DNA of 64,000 nt from Entomortierella parvispora E1425 (lineage: Eukaryota; Fungi; Mortierellomycota). Shown one piece after another: positions 46,702-59,152 of this stretch. The stretch covers positions 1,302,001 through 1,366,000 of the forward strand of contig BQFW01000001.1 of the NCBI GenBank assembly GCA_020891255.1, read 5' to 3'. Position 1 is the first letter of the stretch; each line of letters opens with the position of its first letter. Below the pieces are notes generated by a model that made no database searches, was not told where the DNA came from, and saw nothing but the letters and a program-made list of their open reading frames with translations. Both the position numbers and the translations under genes were made by a program.

Positions 46702-48536
46702 ATGGAGTTTTACGAAAAGCATCAAGTTGTTCTGCTGACAGGCGGAACTGGCTTCGTTGGCAAGGCCCTTCTCGAAAAGATTTTGCGCTCTCTGCCGCAG
46801 GTGAAAAAGTACGAGTGAGAAAAAAATGCAACTCGAGTTTGCTTGCCTGCTGACGATTGTTATTTCAGGATCTATCTTCTTGCTAGAGCAGCGGACGAGT
46901 CGAGTCTCCGAAACCGCGTGAATAAGGAAATCTTTGACTGTCCACTCTTTGGACCACTTAAAGCGCAATTCAAAAATGACCAAGAGTTTCAAGACAGGAT
47001 CGTAGCCAAAGTCGTGCCTCTCTTGGCAGATCTGACGCTGGAAGATCTAGGACTCTCGACTAAAGTCCAGGCGATGGTCCAAGCAGACACATCTGTTGTT
47101 CTTAACTGCGCTGCAGATGTGGGCTACCACCATTCTTTTAAGCATGCCGTGAAGGTAGGGCAGAGCAACCTAGGAAACGTGCAGAAGCGATGTTTTGTGC
47201 AGCCAATTGACTCCCAAAAATGCTTTTTGTGAAACGTACCCCCATGTTTTTTGTTGCAAAAAACAGAACAATTGCTACGGCCCCCTTCATGTGTTTCAAC
47301 TCGCCCAAGGGATGCCCAATCTGGCCTCTCTGGTCCATGTCTCGTCTTCGTACGTCAACGGTCCCTATGGGCCACAGCTCAGAGAAGTCTTTTACCCGTA
47401 CCCGCTTGGTGATCCCGACCAACTCTTCAAAGCGTTTGAGACTATGTCCGATGAAGAGATGAGCCGATTTGAAAAGGACATTGTTCTCAAAGTCTTCTCC
47501 AACACGTACACAGCTTCCAAAGCGTTGACAGAACATCTCATCAAGACTTGGACGCGTACAATGGATCTACCCGTGGTGATTGTGAGACCAGCCGGCTGCA
47601 CTGGTGCGCTTCTCGAGCCTATGCCGGGGTGGGTTGAAGGGCTGGGAAGTTACAATGGAATCACCCTAATGATGGCCCTCGGAAAAATCGACGGAATGAT
47701 CGGTTCAGAGGTAATGAGTCTCTGACGAGGGGTTTTATTCATGACCAGAATGATCTGGTAACAGACTTTGACCTGCTTCTACTTTGAACGTATCTCCTTC
47801 CAAGCATCACATCGTTGATTTGATTCCAGTTGACTATGTGTGCAAGATTATCCTTATGGCCGCCACTCAAGCCCAACGAGGCACCTCAATGGTCCCCATT
47901 TTCCAAGTCGGAACCAGTTCTCACCATGCGATTTCGTTCAGGTATCTCCACAACTCCATCATGGACTACTGGCGAGCAGCTAAGAAAGCGACTCAAGACC
48001 CAAAATCCAAGATCGTAGACAATGTGCAGGCAGTCATGTACCCAAGTTACATTGACTTCCATCTACAGTTCTTGAAGCGTTTTTCTAAAGAACTTGAATT
48101 GCTTTCCAGAGCACAAGATGGGGCGGTTGCAGGAGAGGTAGACCGAGAAAAGATTCGCCGGCGGTTGCTGCAGGCGTATAGAATCCCGAAGCTGCATTAC
48201 CCATTCTCATCGACACAATGGGTGTTGGACGCGTCGAATGCTGTAGGGTTGGATGCGATGGCTCCTGAGCCTTTGAAGTGCGGAATGAAGAGGGAAGGCA
48301 ATTGGTTTGACTGGGACGAGTATTTGTATGTCTACAATCGAGGGCTGCACGAGTTTGCTTTGAAGGAGAAGGTGGAGCGGACAACAAGACCCTCGACAAA
48401 GGAATCAAATAGCCAAAAGGGAGAGGATTCAACAGGGTGGGCCCTCAAGAATTCAATCCAAAGCCCTGCTCAATTGGATGATGGCATTGACATGCAAGAG
48501 ATTCAGCGAAACCTGGACCTGTTGTCCCGCCTTTGA
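46702..48536 (+). CDS. Fatty acyl-CoA reductase (alcohol-forming; NAD_binding_4 + Sterile/male-sterility domain); four exons
   Basis: LLTGGTGFVGKALLEKILRSLPQVKK|IYLL, LNCAADV, VHVSSSYVN, NTYTASKALTE (YxxxK), VIVRP...EPMPGWV, DLIPVDYV, C-terminal DWDEYL...GLHEFALKE. Confidence 0.88.
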
Positions 48537-49061
48537 AGATATGAATATGAGTAGCACAATAATAGCACACCATCATTCTTGACCAATAACGCTGGGCAAG
48601 CAGCATCGTGGGCGATGGGACCATGTACGGCCTTGCGGTCATGGGTCTATCCCGCCTTTTGGAGTCTGTGTTTGTTTTCTGTTTTGTTGGCTCTTTGCAG
48701 ATAACCCCCTTGGCCTTGATTCTAAACTTTCGCTATCAGCTCCCTTTATAAGGGCCCACTGTGGAGATGAATTGACTTGGAGATGGAGAACAGGCTGACT
48801 CCGCTATCAATCCTTTTCACTAGTTCAGGTCACCCACACCGGAGCGCAATGAGAGTTGATGAAGACGTAAAAATTCCACACGGATGACAAAAAGGGTCTC
48901 AGAGCACTCTCGTGATGACGATTTTTTTTTTTTTTACTCTTTCATTTCTCTTTGTCTCACCGCCATCTGTTCGAGACAACGTCCTACTTGTGTCTTTCAA
49001 CCCCCACAGTCAACTCGATCTCTTTTCTTTCCCTCCCTTCCCTCTCTATCTCTCGTCCGCT

Positions 49062-50774
49062 ATGAACCTTGACAATGGCATCAACGCGACCAAAAATAAC
49101 ATTGCCAAGGATATTCATACCCCAAAAGACGTATTTGATGTCATACCTTTGGAGATCCTAGATCAGATTCTTGGTCATCTGGATCACGCCAGCCTCTATA
49201 ACTGTTTAACCCTCTCGACTCGATGGTCAGATCGAGTGGTGCCCCATCTGTGGGCGTCACCTTGGATGATGTACTACATTTCATGGACAAAGATGATCTG
49301 CATCGTGGCCAAGAGTGCAGAAAAAGCCCAAAAACAAACTGATAAGACAACTGCTTCTGTGGATGCGGGACGTGAATCAAAAAGAGCAAGTCAGAAGGTT
49401 GGATTGAGCGAGAACGAGAGTGGATCGTGTTTTATACCTTCGCCTCAAGTACAACACCAGAACGATGGTCATGGATCTGTCTCTAGAGACTCTGCCTTGG
49501 ATACACACACTGCGCAACGCTGGCGTTTCAGAGAGGAAGGTGGTGGAAACACGATGAGATTCACCAGAGGCTACACAGATAGCTTTGCTGAGGAGGATGA
49601 CGACCGCAGCGACAGTGATGCTCATGTGGAAATGGACGGGATGTGGAAGGAGGAGGACACGCGACGACCATTGCTGCCCAAAGCGGCAAGGCCGTCCTCC
49701 TTACCGTTTGACGCGGTGGTGTTGTCGTCGCACAACGGGTCAACTACAACTCTTCGTGCTCCTCGAACAACACTAGGGTACGGCGATTATATTCGTACCC
49801 TCGACTTTTCACAACTGTACTATATCATCTCTGACCAATTCCTATCCCATCTCCTGCCTCTCACCCCCAACCTCGTCTCCCTGACCATTCACTCCCCAAA
49901 ACAACTCTCAGATCTCTCATTGATTCTCTTGGCCGCTTCCTGTCCTCAACTCTCCCTCTTGGATTTGGCGGGCTGCACAAAAATCACCAACAGAGGCCTT
50001 GACGCTCTCTTGGAGAACTGTGGCAATATGTCCAGCCTGAATCTCGCCAACGGCACAAGAGCCCTCTCAGACAGAACTTTGGAAGGGATCGCAAAGCGAT
50101 GGGGCAGGACCTTGAAGAGCTTGAACCTTGCCAATACTAGTTCTGGCTCGGCCATGGGGTCTTCCACTATGGTTACAGGTGCAACATCAACAACAACTGC
50201 TCGCGACGAGGAAAATCTCGGGTCGTTCTCGGTCCAAGACCCTGGCCTGTTGACGATCGCGATCCATTGCCGATCTCTACAATCACTCAATATCTCTCAA
50301 TGTATTCTCCATTGCTCGCCCTCTTCTACTTACTCCTCGTCCCCAGCCCTCTCCCCACCCTCCTCGCCAACATCTCAGTTTTCTTCCTCCTTCACATCCA
50401 TATCTTTATCAAGTGGATCCCCGAACAGTAACGACACTCCGGAGAAAGGGACATTGGAGGCCTTCCTCTCGCAACTCCCTCCATCATTGCAAGTTCTCAA
50501 TCTTCGCTCTTGTTTTGATCTCTCAGACAAGGGCTTGATCGCCCTGGCAAGGGCCTGTCCGGATCTCCGGGAATTGGACATCACTGCCTGTTCCTTGGTC
50601 ACGGACTGGGGCGTCCGGGCCATTGGGGAAGGATGTCGACAGTTTGAAACGTTGATCATGGACGATCGCTATGGTCGTGTTACGGATCAACTGCTGAAGT
50701 CCTTTCCGCCTTGGGGCGACCAATTGTTACAAAGGAGAGTCATGCTCGGCTGGAGATACTCACGTATCTTTTAA
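49062..50774 (+). CDS. F-box/LRR-repeat (FBXL, RNI-like) protein, intronless
   Basis: F-box IPLEILDQILGHLDHASLYNCLTLSTRW...VPHLW; YGDYIRTLDFS; cysteine-containing LRRs (CPQLSLLDLAGCTKITNRGL, CPDLRELDITACSLVTDWGV). Confidence 0.85.
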   Translation: MNLDNGINATKNNIAKDIHTPKDVFDVIPLEILDQILGHLDHASLYNCLTLSTRWSDRVVPHLWASPWMMYYISWTKMICIVAKSAEKAQKQTDKTTASVDAGRESKRASQKVGLSENESGSCFIPSPQVQHQNDGHGSVSRDSALDTHTAQRWRFREEGGGNTMRFTRGYTDSFAEEDDDRSDSDAHVEMDGMWKEEDTRRPLLPKAARPSSLPFDAVVLSSHNGSTTTLRAPRTTLGYGDYIRTLDFSQLYYIISDQFLSHLLPLTPNLVSLTIHSPKQLSDLSLILLAASCPQLSLLDLAGCTKITNRGLDALLENCGNMSSLNLANGTRALSDRTLEGIAKRWGRTLKSLNLANTSSGSAMGSSTMVTGATSTTTARDEENLGSFSVQDPGLLTIAIHCRSLQSLNISQCILHCSPSSTYSSSPALSPPSSPTSQFSSSFTSISLSSGSPNSNDTPEKGTLEAFLSQLPPSLQVLNLRSCFDLSDKGLIALARACPDLRELDITACSLVTDWGVRAIGEGCRQFETLIMDDRYGRVTDQLLKSFPPWGDQLLQRRVMLGWRYSRIF

Positions 50775-51493
50775 AACAGTAAAACATAATGAAATAAAAG
50801 AATGCATCCATGATGCTTCCCTGTTTCGTTTTTTTTAGATCCTTCCAAGTGCAGATGAGGGGAGAGTCGATTTAAGCCAGAAGAGTGGTGGTGGGGATTT
50901 TATTGGTTTTTTTTAAATTTTTTTTGGTATTTTTGAATATGAAGAGAGGAGGGGGTTGGGCGGAGGGGATGTAGGGGCGATTGAAGCTCGTAGACTGAGG
51001 TTTCCTTTTTCCTTGGATTTTTTTTTGTACAGCAATAACTCCCATGGTTCCTTGAACCGTGTGCAATGAAATCTTAATCCGTGGCCTCGCAAGGAGGATA
51101 CAGCCAAGAGACCATCAAACAACAATAAAAGTAACCAAAAATGAGGGAAGATAAAACAAAAAGAGAAAAGAAAGAAAAACATAAAAAGAAGCACCTGAAG
51201 GAAATGAACACAGATATATGACCAAAAGCATTTTGAAAACAAAAAAATACAATGTGGAAAAAGAGAGGGCAGAGTCATCATAGAGTTGTACAATCCAACC
51301 TGATCTTGTGTCGAACAAGCATCGGTGGATAATGAAAAAAGAAAAGTAAAATGCTAAATGAAAGAAATGAAAATGAAAGAAGGTGGGGGATATGGGTGAA
51401 TGCCAGCGGGATGGAGAGATGGGAGTGTTGAGGGGAATTTGGGGTTAAAGTACAGGACAAAGGTCCACTTTCGAATGAAAAAGCTGGTCACCC

Positions 51494-54016
51494 TTAGATG
51501 CCAACGATGTCAATCTCAGTGTCTTCGCCATACTCCATCTCATCCTCCATGACAACAGCCTGTCCAGCAAGAATGGTGCTGGACATGACCGCCTGTTGGT
51601 CCTTCTGTATCCTGCGACCCTTGCCGGTACCGCCGCCTCCAATACCGTGCATGCCGCTATTGTTGGCTCTTTTCCGCTTGCCCTTGCTAGAGTGTTCAAC
51701 AGTCGTCTCGGCGCCTGAGGTAGTCGCCGAATTGGGCCAGAGAGCCTCTTGAGCGTACTCCTCGCCTTCGTGATAGTTGACGGAGCTGGGTGATCTACGG
51801 CGCTTGTTGTTGCTACGCTTGCTCTTGGAAGCAGCAGGGATCGATGAGGGGTGAGGGGGCGAAGGAGAAATGGAGGAGGCCGATGAGTAGCTGGTGGAGA
51901 GCTCGGGGGTTCTCTCCATAGAGCATATCTGTCTCTGTCGCTCCTGAGCCTCCATCTCGGCTGCTGCCGCAGCGGCGTTGGCAGCGGCAATGGCAGCGCG
52001 CTCACGCTCCTCGGCAGCAAGGATGGATCCCATGGTCTGCATGCAGCATGATTCCACATACTGGTAAACCTGCACAAGGGTCGTCTCGTCCAAACAAGAC
52101 AAGTCGACTTCCATCTCGTCCTCGCCGTCATCTTCACTAGTGCCGTTGAGGATTCTAAAGAGTCCAGCCATATGCTCTTCACCGAGATCATTGTTGATAC
52201 GGGCCACCAAGGCTTCCTCCATACGACGTTTGTTAGGATCGTCGCGCTTAATAGTTGCTGGGGCAACGGGAGCCACGCTTGCACTGGCGGGCTCAGCTGA
52301 CTGTTTGGCAACACCCTCATGAATAGCAACCTCGATCGACTGCTCTTCTTCAACGTCCTCGTCCTCTTCATCATCGTCAGAGTCAGAGTCCTCAGCATCA
52401 TCCAAGTCCGAACCAGAGTCGGATTCGAATGAGTGGTCATTGAAGCCATAGAGGTTGGCAAGAGCCAAGTCCTGATAAGTGCTGGCTGCGACAAGATCCA
52501 TAGGAGAGATGGAATTGTTTGCCGTCATCGAGTTGGGGCCTGCAATCAGGTCGGCAATGTTGACCGTGGTAGGTGCGTCAAAAGCGGTGGGAGCCAAATC
52601 AAAAACGAACTCGTCGTAGGCCTGATCGGGAGGAATGGCATTGTTGTCCCAGATAGGGGTGTTGCCAAGCATGTTGTCCAGTCCAAACTGAAAGGGCATA
52701 GCATTCAGGTCCGAAGCAAAGTCTTGGGTGTCAAAGGCATTGCTGCTGTAGGTCAGGAAACAACGGACGTTAGTGGTGCACAGACTAGAGTAGAGAGCCA
52801 GTCTCGAGTGAGGAGACACATAAAGGGGTTAAAAGCACTGATTATCTTACGTAAAGTCCTGAAGATCATCAGAGCCTTGCCAGTCCTCCCAGACTTTGGT
52901 CTGGAGGCCTGGGACAAGGAAATCCGAGATAGAGAAGGTAGGGTTCGCAGCGGTGTTGGTGTGGGTGGCAGTAAACGTCTGGTTGTTGGTAGCAGTGGTA
53001 ATGTCAGATGCGTTGAAGTTGGGGATAGTAGAGTTTGTGGTGGGAGCAAAAAGATTGCCTGCAGAGCCAAGTAGGTTCAATTCCTTGAGCAGGCTAGGGT
53101 GGCAGAGACCGTTGGGGAGCGCAAGGCTCCCCTCCAGGTCAATAGGGGGATTGTCGGCTAGAGTTATTCTAAAGATGTATAAAGAGGTACCATCGTGTGA
53201 GTATCGTGTGAGTATCGTGTGGGTATCGTGTGAGTTCGTGCATGCACACCAGCGTCCGTGGGAACAGCAGGGACCCAAAAAAAACACAAAAAACTCTGCC
53301 AATAAAAAGCAGTAGATGAGACCAGCCAAGGTTGGATAGACTGTCAACAATCCAAGTCGGTGGAAGACCGCAAGAGTGCAGTGGCAGTGGCAGAGACAAG
53401 GCGGGTGCTGGTTGGTGCCACGACAGTCAATTGCTCTCTCTACTTCTTGACTCCACGGCGCAGAATCTGGCGGAGACAAACAACTGGCCACAAACCAGAC
53501 AGAGAAGAAGAGGGGACACGCAATTGTTCGTTTGGGTGCTGCAATCAAACAAGGTGGTGTGCCCTTCCCTTCTTTGTCTTGGTCTCTAACTGTTTGTCCC
53601 AACCAAAACCAAAACAACCCGACCCAGCCCTGCTCGCCTGTGGGAGGGACAGCATAGAGCAGAGAAGAGAGGAGAGGGTGGCTTCCCTCTTCTTGTGCCA
53701 CCGTCCGTCCGCACAAGAGGAAAATTTTTCCATCCCAAATGTCAACAAACACCCCTTGTTTCCCCATCTTAGCTCTCTTTGTCTGTCGCGCACTCTTGTG
53801 AGCGATAAGCGAACAGGCAGGCGAGCGTGCAAACATTTGCAATAGAAAAGGGGAACTGCAAGGGCCCGGCCTTCTTTCTGTCTTTTGCCAACCGATGGCA
53901 GAACAAAGAAAGAGGCGCCGGAGAAGAAGGAACGAAAAAAATGAAAGAAATGGTGGCGTCGGACTGTCGTCCGACTCGGAGAGAAAAAAAAAGAAAAAAA
54001 AAACTTACCCTCCCAT
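51494..54016 (-). CDS. Stand-alone ET (NET/BET extra-terminal) domain protein without bromodomain, ~525 aa
   Basis: NKRRMEEALVARINNDLGEEHMAGLFRIL...DEMEVDLSCLDETTLVQVYQYV fits the ET pattern. Exons 54016-54009, 53168-52851, 52745-51494 sum to 1,578 nt, in frame. Confidence 0.72.
53190..53240. repeat. 11-bp imperfect tandem repeat (GTATCGTGTGA) x~4 in intron of ET-domain gene
   Basis: catcgtgtgagtatcgtgtgagtatcgtgtgggtatcgtgtgagttcgtg read directly. Confidence 0.8.
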
Positions 54017-55552
54017 TGTAGTGGTGAATCTTGAAAGGGATCAAGGCGTGGAGGAGAGGGGTTTGGATGCTATCGATTGCGTAAAGGGCAATGGGTAGCG
54101 GTAGCGAAGGTATGATCTTGAGGAATCCAATTTGAATATGTGGGGGAGGGTGGGAGGAAGATGACGAGAAACTTTTGGCCCAACAGGTATCTTGCTTTTT
54201 GGCGATGGGCAAAAGAGACTCGATCGAGAGTAGCGTGAGGGAGAGGCGAGGGGGTGGTGTGATCTGAAGAAGGAAGTTGGGGTCGATGGAGGGTGATCCG
54301 AGATGTAGGGTGGAGTTGATTCGGATGAATGCAGTTGCGAACGAAGGCGGTGGTCCCCTATGCGCTTTTGACAAGGCGTCTTTGAGGGAGGAGGAGAGGG
54401 GAAGGAGAAAAGCAGAGGAAAAACGAAACGAATGCTTTGAATGGCGAGAGAGGCCGAGCAAAGGGCAGTCACGTCTTGTTTACTTGATTTTTTTTTTTTT
54501 TTTTGCTCCTTATTATTCAGGTGTGGCGCTGGTCTGGAGGCGCTGGAAATTGCGGTCGGAGTGGCCACCCACATATATTTTATTCCATGTACGGTTTTAT
54601 TCAGGACAGAAAGTGGCTGCCTAGGCTGTCGTGTGCTGGTGTCTGTGTCTGGCGCCAATTCAGCCGCAGCGAGACAGCCGCCCGCTCAGGCCGACGAACA
54701 GTGACCGACCAGGTCTCTGCCAGAGAATCGTTCTCTGGACTTTTGTTTGCTCCGACTGAAAAAGAAAGGTTAAAAAAGTTGCCTTATTCGAAGCAGTGGT
54801 CAGTTCCCATGGAAGAGAGTCGAACACACAAGGGACGAAGGGTTGCAACTTGCAAGGCAGACTTGCCTCGTTACCGAGCCAGCTTGGGGCAGATTCAAAC
54901 TCAAACAAGCTCATTGACCCGACAAACGGACACACAGTGGAGAATCGAAAAAGATTGTCATCCCTGAATAGGAAGCCGAAGTCGGACCAACATTAGAACA
55001 GCGTCGTTCACCAGATACGGACATGAGCATGTCGTGGGTGCGGCCTTAGGGAGACCATTGTTGTAACTGACCGCTCATGTGCAAGGGTTAAAGAGAGGAC
55101 AGGAAAGGGGGGGAAACGGCACAGCAAAGAGAAGCCACGGTTACAACCAAAGGAGACAGACAGGAGCCACCAAGTGAGAGCACGGTGGCATCGATACTCG
55201 AGATGGACCGGGAATGAACAAAAAAAAAAAAAAAATGAAAAAGATTTTCTGTCTCCATCGATTTTCGTTTGGTGACAGCCCAGTGAAGGGTGCTTTGATG
55301 CTGTGTGTTCGTCTCTTTTTTATCTTTTGTCTCTTTCTCTTCGTTTCTCTTCGCCTCTTTCTCTTTTCCTCTCCTCAGTTCCTTCTTTCTTCCTTCTTCT
55401 CTTCTCATTCTTCTTCCTTGACCTCCCGTCTTGTCTTGTTCTTGTCGTTCGTCTCTCCTCATTCACTTTTGTTCTTCACACTGTGGTCTCATTCATACCC
55501 GTCTCCATCAACGATTCCAACCTTGCCCGAGAACAGTAACCACAGCCCGACC

Positions 55553-58500
55553 ATGGCCACTTCCACAACCCCTTCCGTCACCTTGTCACCCCCTCCTTCG
55601 TCTCCCTCTTTGTCAGTGTCCTCTGACTCTTCAACCCTGACCACATCTTCAACTGCGTCCATGTCCTCCCCCCCTCTTTCCCCAGAAAAGTCTCCTTCTT
55701 CTTCAGTCTCCTCTGCAATCAATTCTACGGCAACCGTCGCAACAACAGCTTCGCAAAGTACAGCACCAGCATCAGCATCAGCACCGTCAACATCGACACA
55801 TCCTCGGGCCACGGAGGCACCTCCTAAACAACGGTCCAAGAATGGTTATATCGGTCGAGTTGGATTTGACACGCTCGGATGCAACACCCCTACAGAGTAC
55901 ACTTTCACACTTCAAGCCCGGACAGATCGCTGGCACCGCACAAGGCGCTCCAGGACGTTTCTGATCGGCATGGATCTGAACGAGCATAGTGCCCATGCTC
56001 TTCAATGGGCTATGGAGAACATGGTCGAGGATGGCGACGAGGTAAGGAAAGCAGAACCAATAGCCCCTCCCTCCCCTCCTCAGCCAATAGCACCAACCAA
56101 GGAGCCCCCTTTCGATATGGGGGATGTGGGCTTTTCAGATCTCGTCTCTTTTTCTGTGCAGGTGAAAGTGCATTGCTATCCGGTTTTTTAAATGACGTTG
56201 GAGATCATGCATGCACGGGGTTTCCCCTTTTGTGCTCCCACTTCCTTGGCGGGCTTCTGTTTAGAAAAAGGGAAAATAACCTTGGCGGCAATAAGGCCCG
56301 ATTCCCACTGGTGACCCGCTGCGGCGACCCAAGCGGAGAGCGGTTCATGGTTTGTGGTAGTTTACTTTCCCGAGCCTGTCCTTCAACTCTTGGTGGGCAC
56401 AATCAATTTCACTTCAACGGGCAGAGCCGTGGAGTGAACACGAGCAACGAAACCGCAGCTGCATGTTTTTTTGAGTTGGGAAGTTTAGTTGCTCTTCGGT
56501 GGTCCGCCCCTGGGTTTGCTTCCCTTTCGGGCGTCCTTTCTTTTTTCAAAGACATTGCTCACTTTGGGAAAGATTTTTTTTTGTCGTTCCCTGTCTTCTT
56601 TTTCATGCTGAACTGAAAAAAATCTGGTCTAAAAACTTTGATCGGAAAGCAATTGAAGTGGCCCTGATGACCAGGGCTGCTCGGCAGTGGGATGCATGAT
56701 TATTTATCGTTTTATTTCTGTACTTTTGGGCTTGAGGTCTTCCTCGAGCCTTGTCATTGGGCGTAAACCCGCGAGAGGAGGGCACCACTAACCCCCTGTG
56801 GAAGTAAAAGAGAATTCTAACCACATGACCATCTTTGCATTCAACACCAATAGGTCATTGCGCTCCGAGTCGTGCCCATGGAACTGAGAGACTCCTGTAA
56901 GTGTTGTTGTTGCTGTCCACTGCCCCATCCTTTTACCTCCTTTGTGCGTTCCTGCACCCGCGTCCCTTCTTCTTTTGTGGAGTCAGATGGACTCGACTCG
57001 TTCACTGGTCTTCATTTGTTGTTTTTATGCCGGGGGATGTTGCACATACACACCTAAACCGAAACAAACAAACAATACGACCGGGCCTCTCCACGCAACA
57101 ACGACGAACGACGATTGATCGAGACGATAGTCTTGTCGTACAAAGGCAGGAAGAGCTTTTTCTCACACAGGAATCCCAAGCTGTCAACAACGACACGGGA
57201 CGGGATGAATGCAAACCGAGCGTTGATATATCTGAGACCACGGAGCAGGCACAAAAAATGATGTCAATGGACAGGATCACTCCAAGACTCCCAAAATAGA
57301 GCCTTTGAACCCGCAATGGGGCGCCACAGGAGAGAAAGTACATCCCATCTCATTAGAGAAGCGGGCCTATCATCTCTATTGTCCCATCAATCTTTAGTTG
57401 GGCTGCAGGGAAAGAGATCTTCATCTGAGAAACCACAATTTTCTGTCCAAATGATCAAACGGGTGGGTGGGCTGAATGGAACGGCAGGTGGACAGACAAA
57501 CGCCCGCGCCTCCTCCCCTGCTCGGGTCTCGGATTATCAATCTTGTTTGGATCGTAGGTCACTCTGGAGGAGTGACTTTTAGCTTTCAATGGCTGTGCGG
57601 CGGTTCCAAAGGGGCCAATTTTCCGTTGTTTCTATTTCCCCCTCGTATTCCCTGACATGTGGACCAAACGTACATCACGAATCTCAATTTCTAATAATCG
57701 TTTTTCCTGTTTCAATCATAGTTGCAAAGACGGGAATCCCCTCTTTCCAAGGGCAGGAAGTTGCTGCTCGTACTGAGGCCATCAGTATCATGAACATGAT
57801 TCGGGAAAAGAACCAATCCAAGCAAATCAATATCGTTGTCGAGATTGTTGTCGGCAATATCAGAGATACCATCCAGCATATGGTAAGGTTTTTTTTTCTG
57901 TTTCGCAGACCGATATGATAAAAAAAAAATGCCTCATCATGGCATCCGTCATCACTGAGAACAGTTGCACTAGCTATGAAATCCTTCATTTTTACTCACC
58001 CTTGTCCTTTCCTTTGACCCCCTTTAGATCAAAATGTACGAGCCTCAAATGCTAGTGGTGGGAACAAGGGGCAAGAACACGATGCGAGGCTTTCTTCTGG
58101 GCAGTGTGTCCCGTTATTGTCTGAACCACTCGCCTGTGCCCGTTACTGTGGTGCGACCAGCCAGCAAACTGATCAAGTCCAAAACAAAAGCCAAGGGTAT
58201 TTTCCGCCGAAGGACGTCCATCTTTTCAGAGTCAGAGACGGAGCCAGAGCCACCCCAGGTGTTCTTCTCCAGTCCATTGTCCCGCCAGACCTCGAGAACA
58301 TCTGTTGATTATTCAGCGGCGGGAATGGGAGGTGTAGGTTCTGGAGGTATTGATCCGGAGTCAGGGGGGAAGAGCGCGGGCGCAATCACAGGGTCAGCCA
58401 CTTCTTCTGCGCGTCCAAGTCTGTTCTTGAACTCTGCTCCGCTCTCAGGAAGTCTCTCGCCCAAGGGACCCGGAGGCCCTTACTCTTCCTTGCCAGCTTC

Positions 58501-58831
58501 TCCCTCAGGTCCTGGTTCCATCAGTTCACAGCAACTGGCGTCCATCAACTCGTCCCTGTCTTATGCCTCGGCGCTCTTGTCGGATTCTCCCTCTGATCGG
58601 ATACCCCCACCCCCGGATGGTCGCTTGCGGTTGAAAAAGAGTTTGACAACCGATGGTAGCAGTCCCTCCTCTTCCTCAAAACTGAAGAGCCGAAAGAGTT
58701 TTGGAAAATTGTCCGGAGCAATGTTATTGGGACCATTGTCGATGGGTTCAAAGGAAAAGAGCAAAAAGAAGGCTGCGGCTGCAGCGGGGGCGGCTGAAAA
58801 GTCTGCCAATTCAGGGTTCTTATCTTCTTGA
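55553..58831 (+). CDS. Universal stress protein (Usp) domain protein with Ser-rich flanks; exons 55553-56041, 56854-56896, 57722-57882, 58030-58831
   Basis: RTFLIGMDLNEHSAHALQWAMENMVEDGDE|VIALRVV...EIVVGNIRDTIQHM|IKMYEPQMLVVGTRG...LLGSVSRYCLNHSPVPVTVVRP. Confidence 0.88.
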
Positions 58832-59152
58832 GAAAGATCAGCTCGACTCTCCCGTCCCTGCATGCCTTTTGATATTGGACAAAGCCAATTGGTGCTGAAA
58901 CCCTCTTTGTACATTCTTATCTTCATCGCCTCTCTTCGTCAGGGCGCTTTCTCATCTTCAGCCCAACCCTTGTCCCAAGATACCATTATTCCTAGAGATC
59001 CATCCTAGTAAAATAATAAAATCAACTCGCGTGCACGCACACCACAGACACTCTCACACTTTCAATGTTCTTTGGTTGGAAAGAAATACTCTATTTTTGT
59101 AAAGGGATGAAATCGAAAGGGGGGTATGTCTTTTGCTATTTGCGACTCATTA

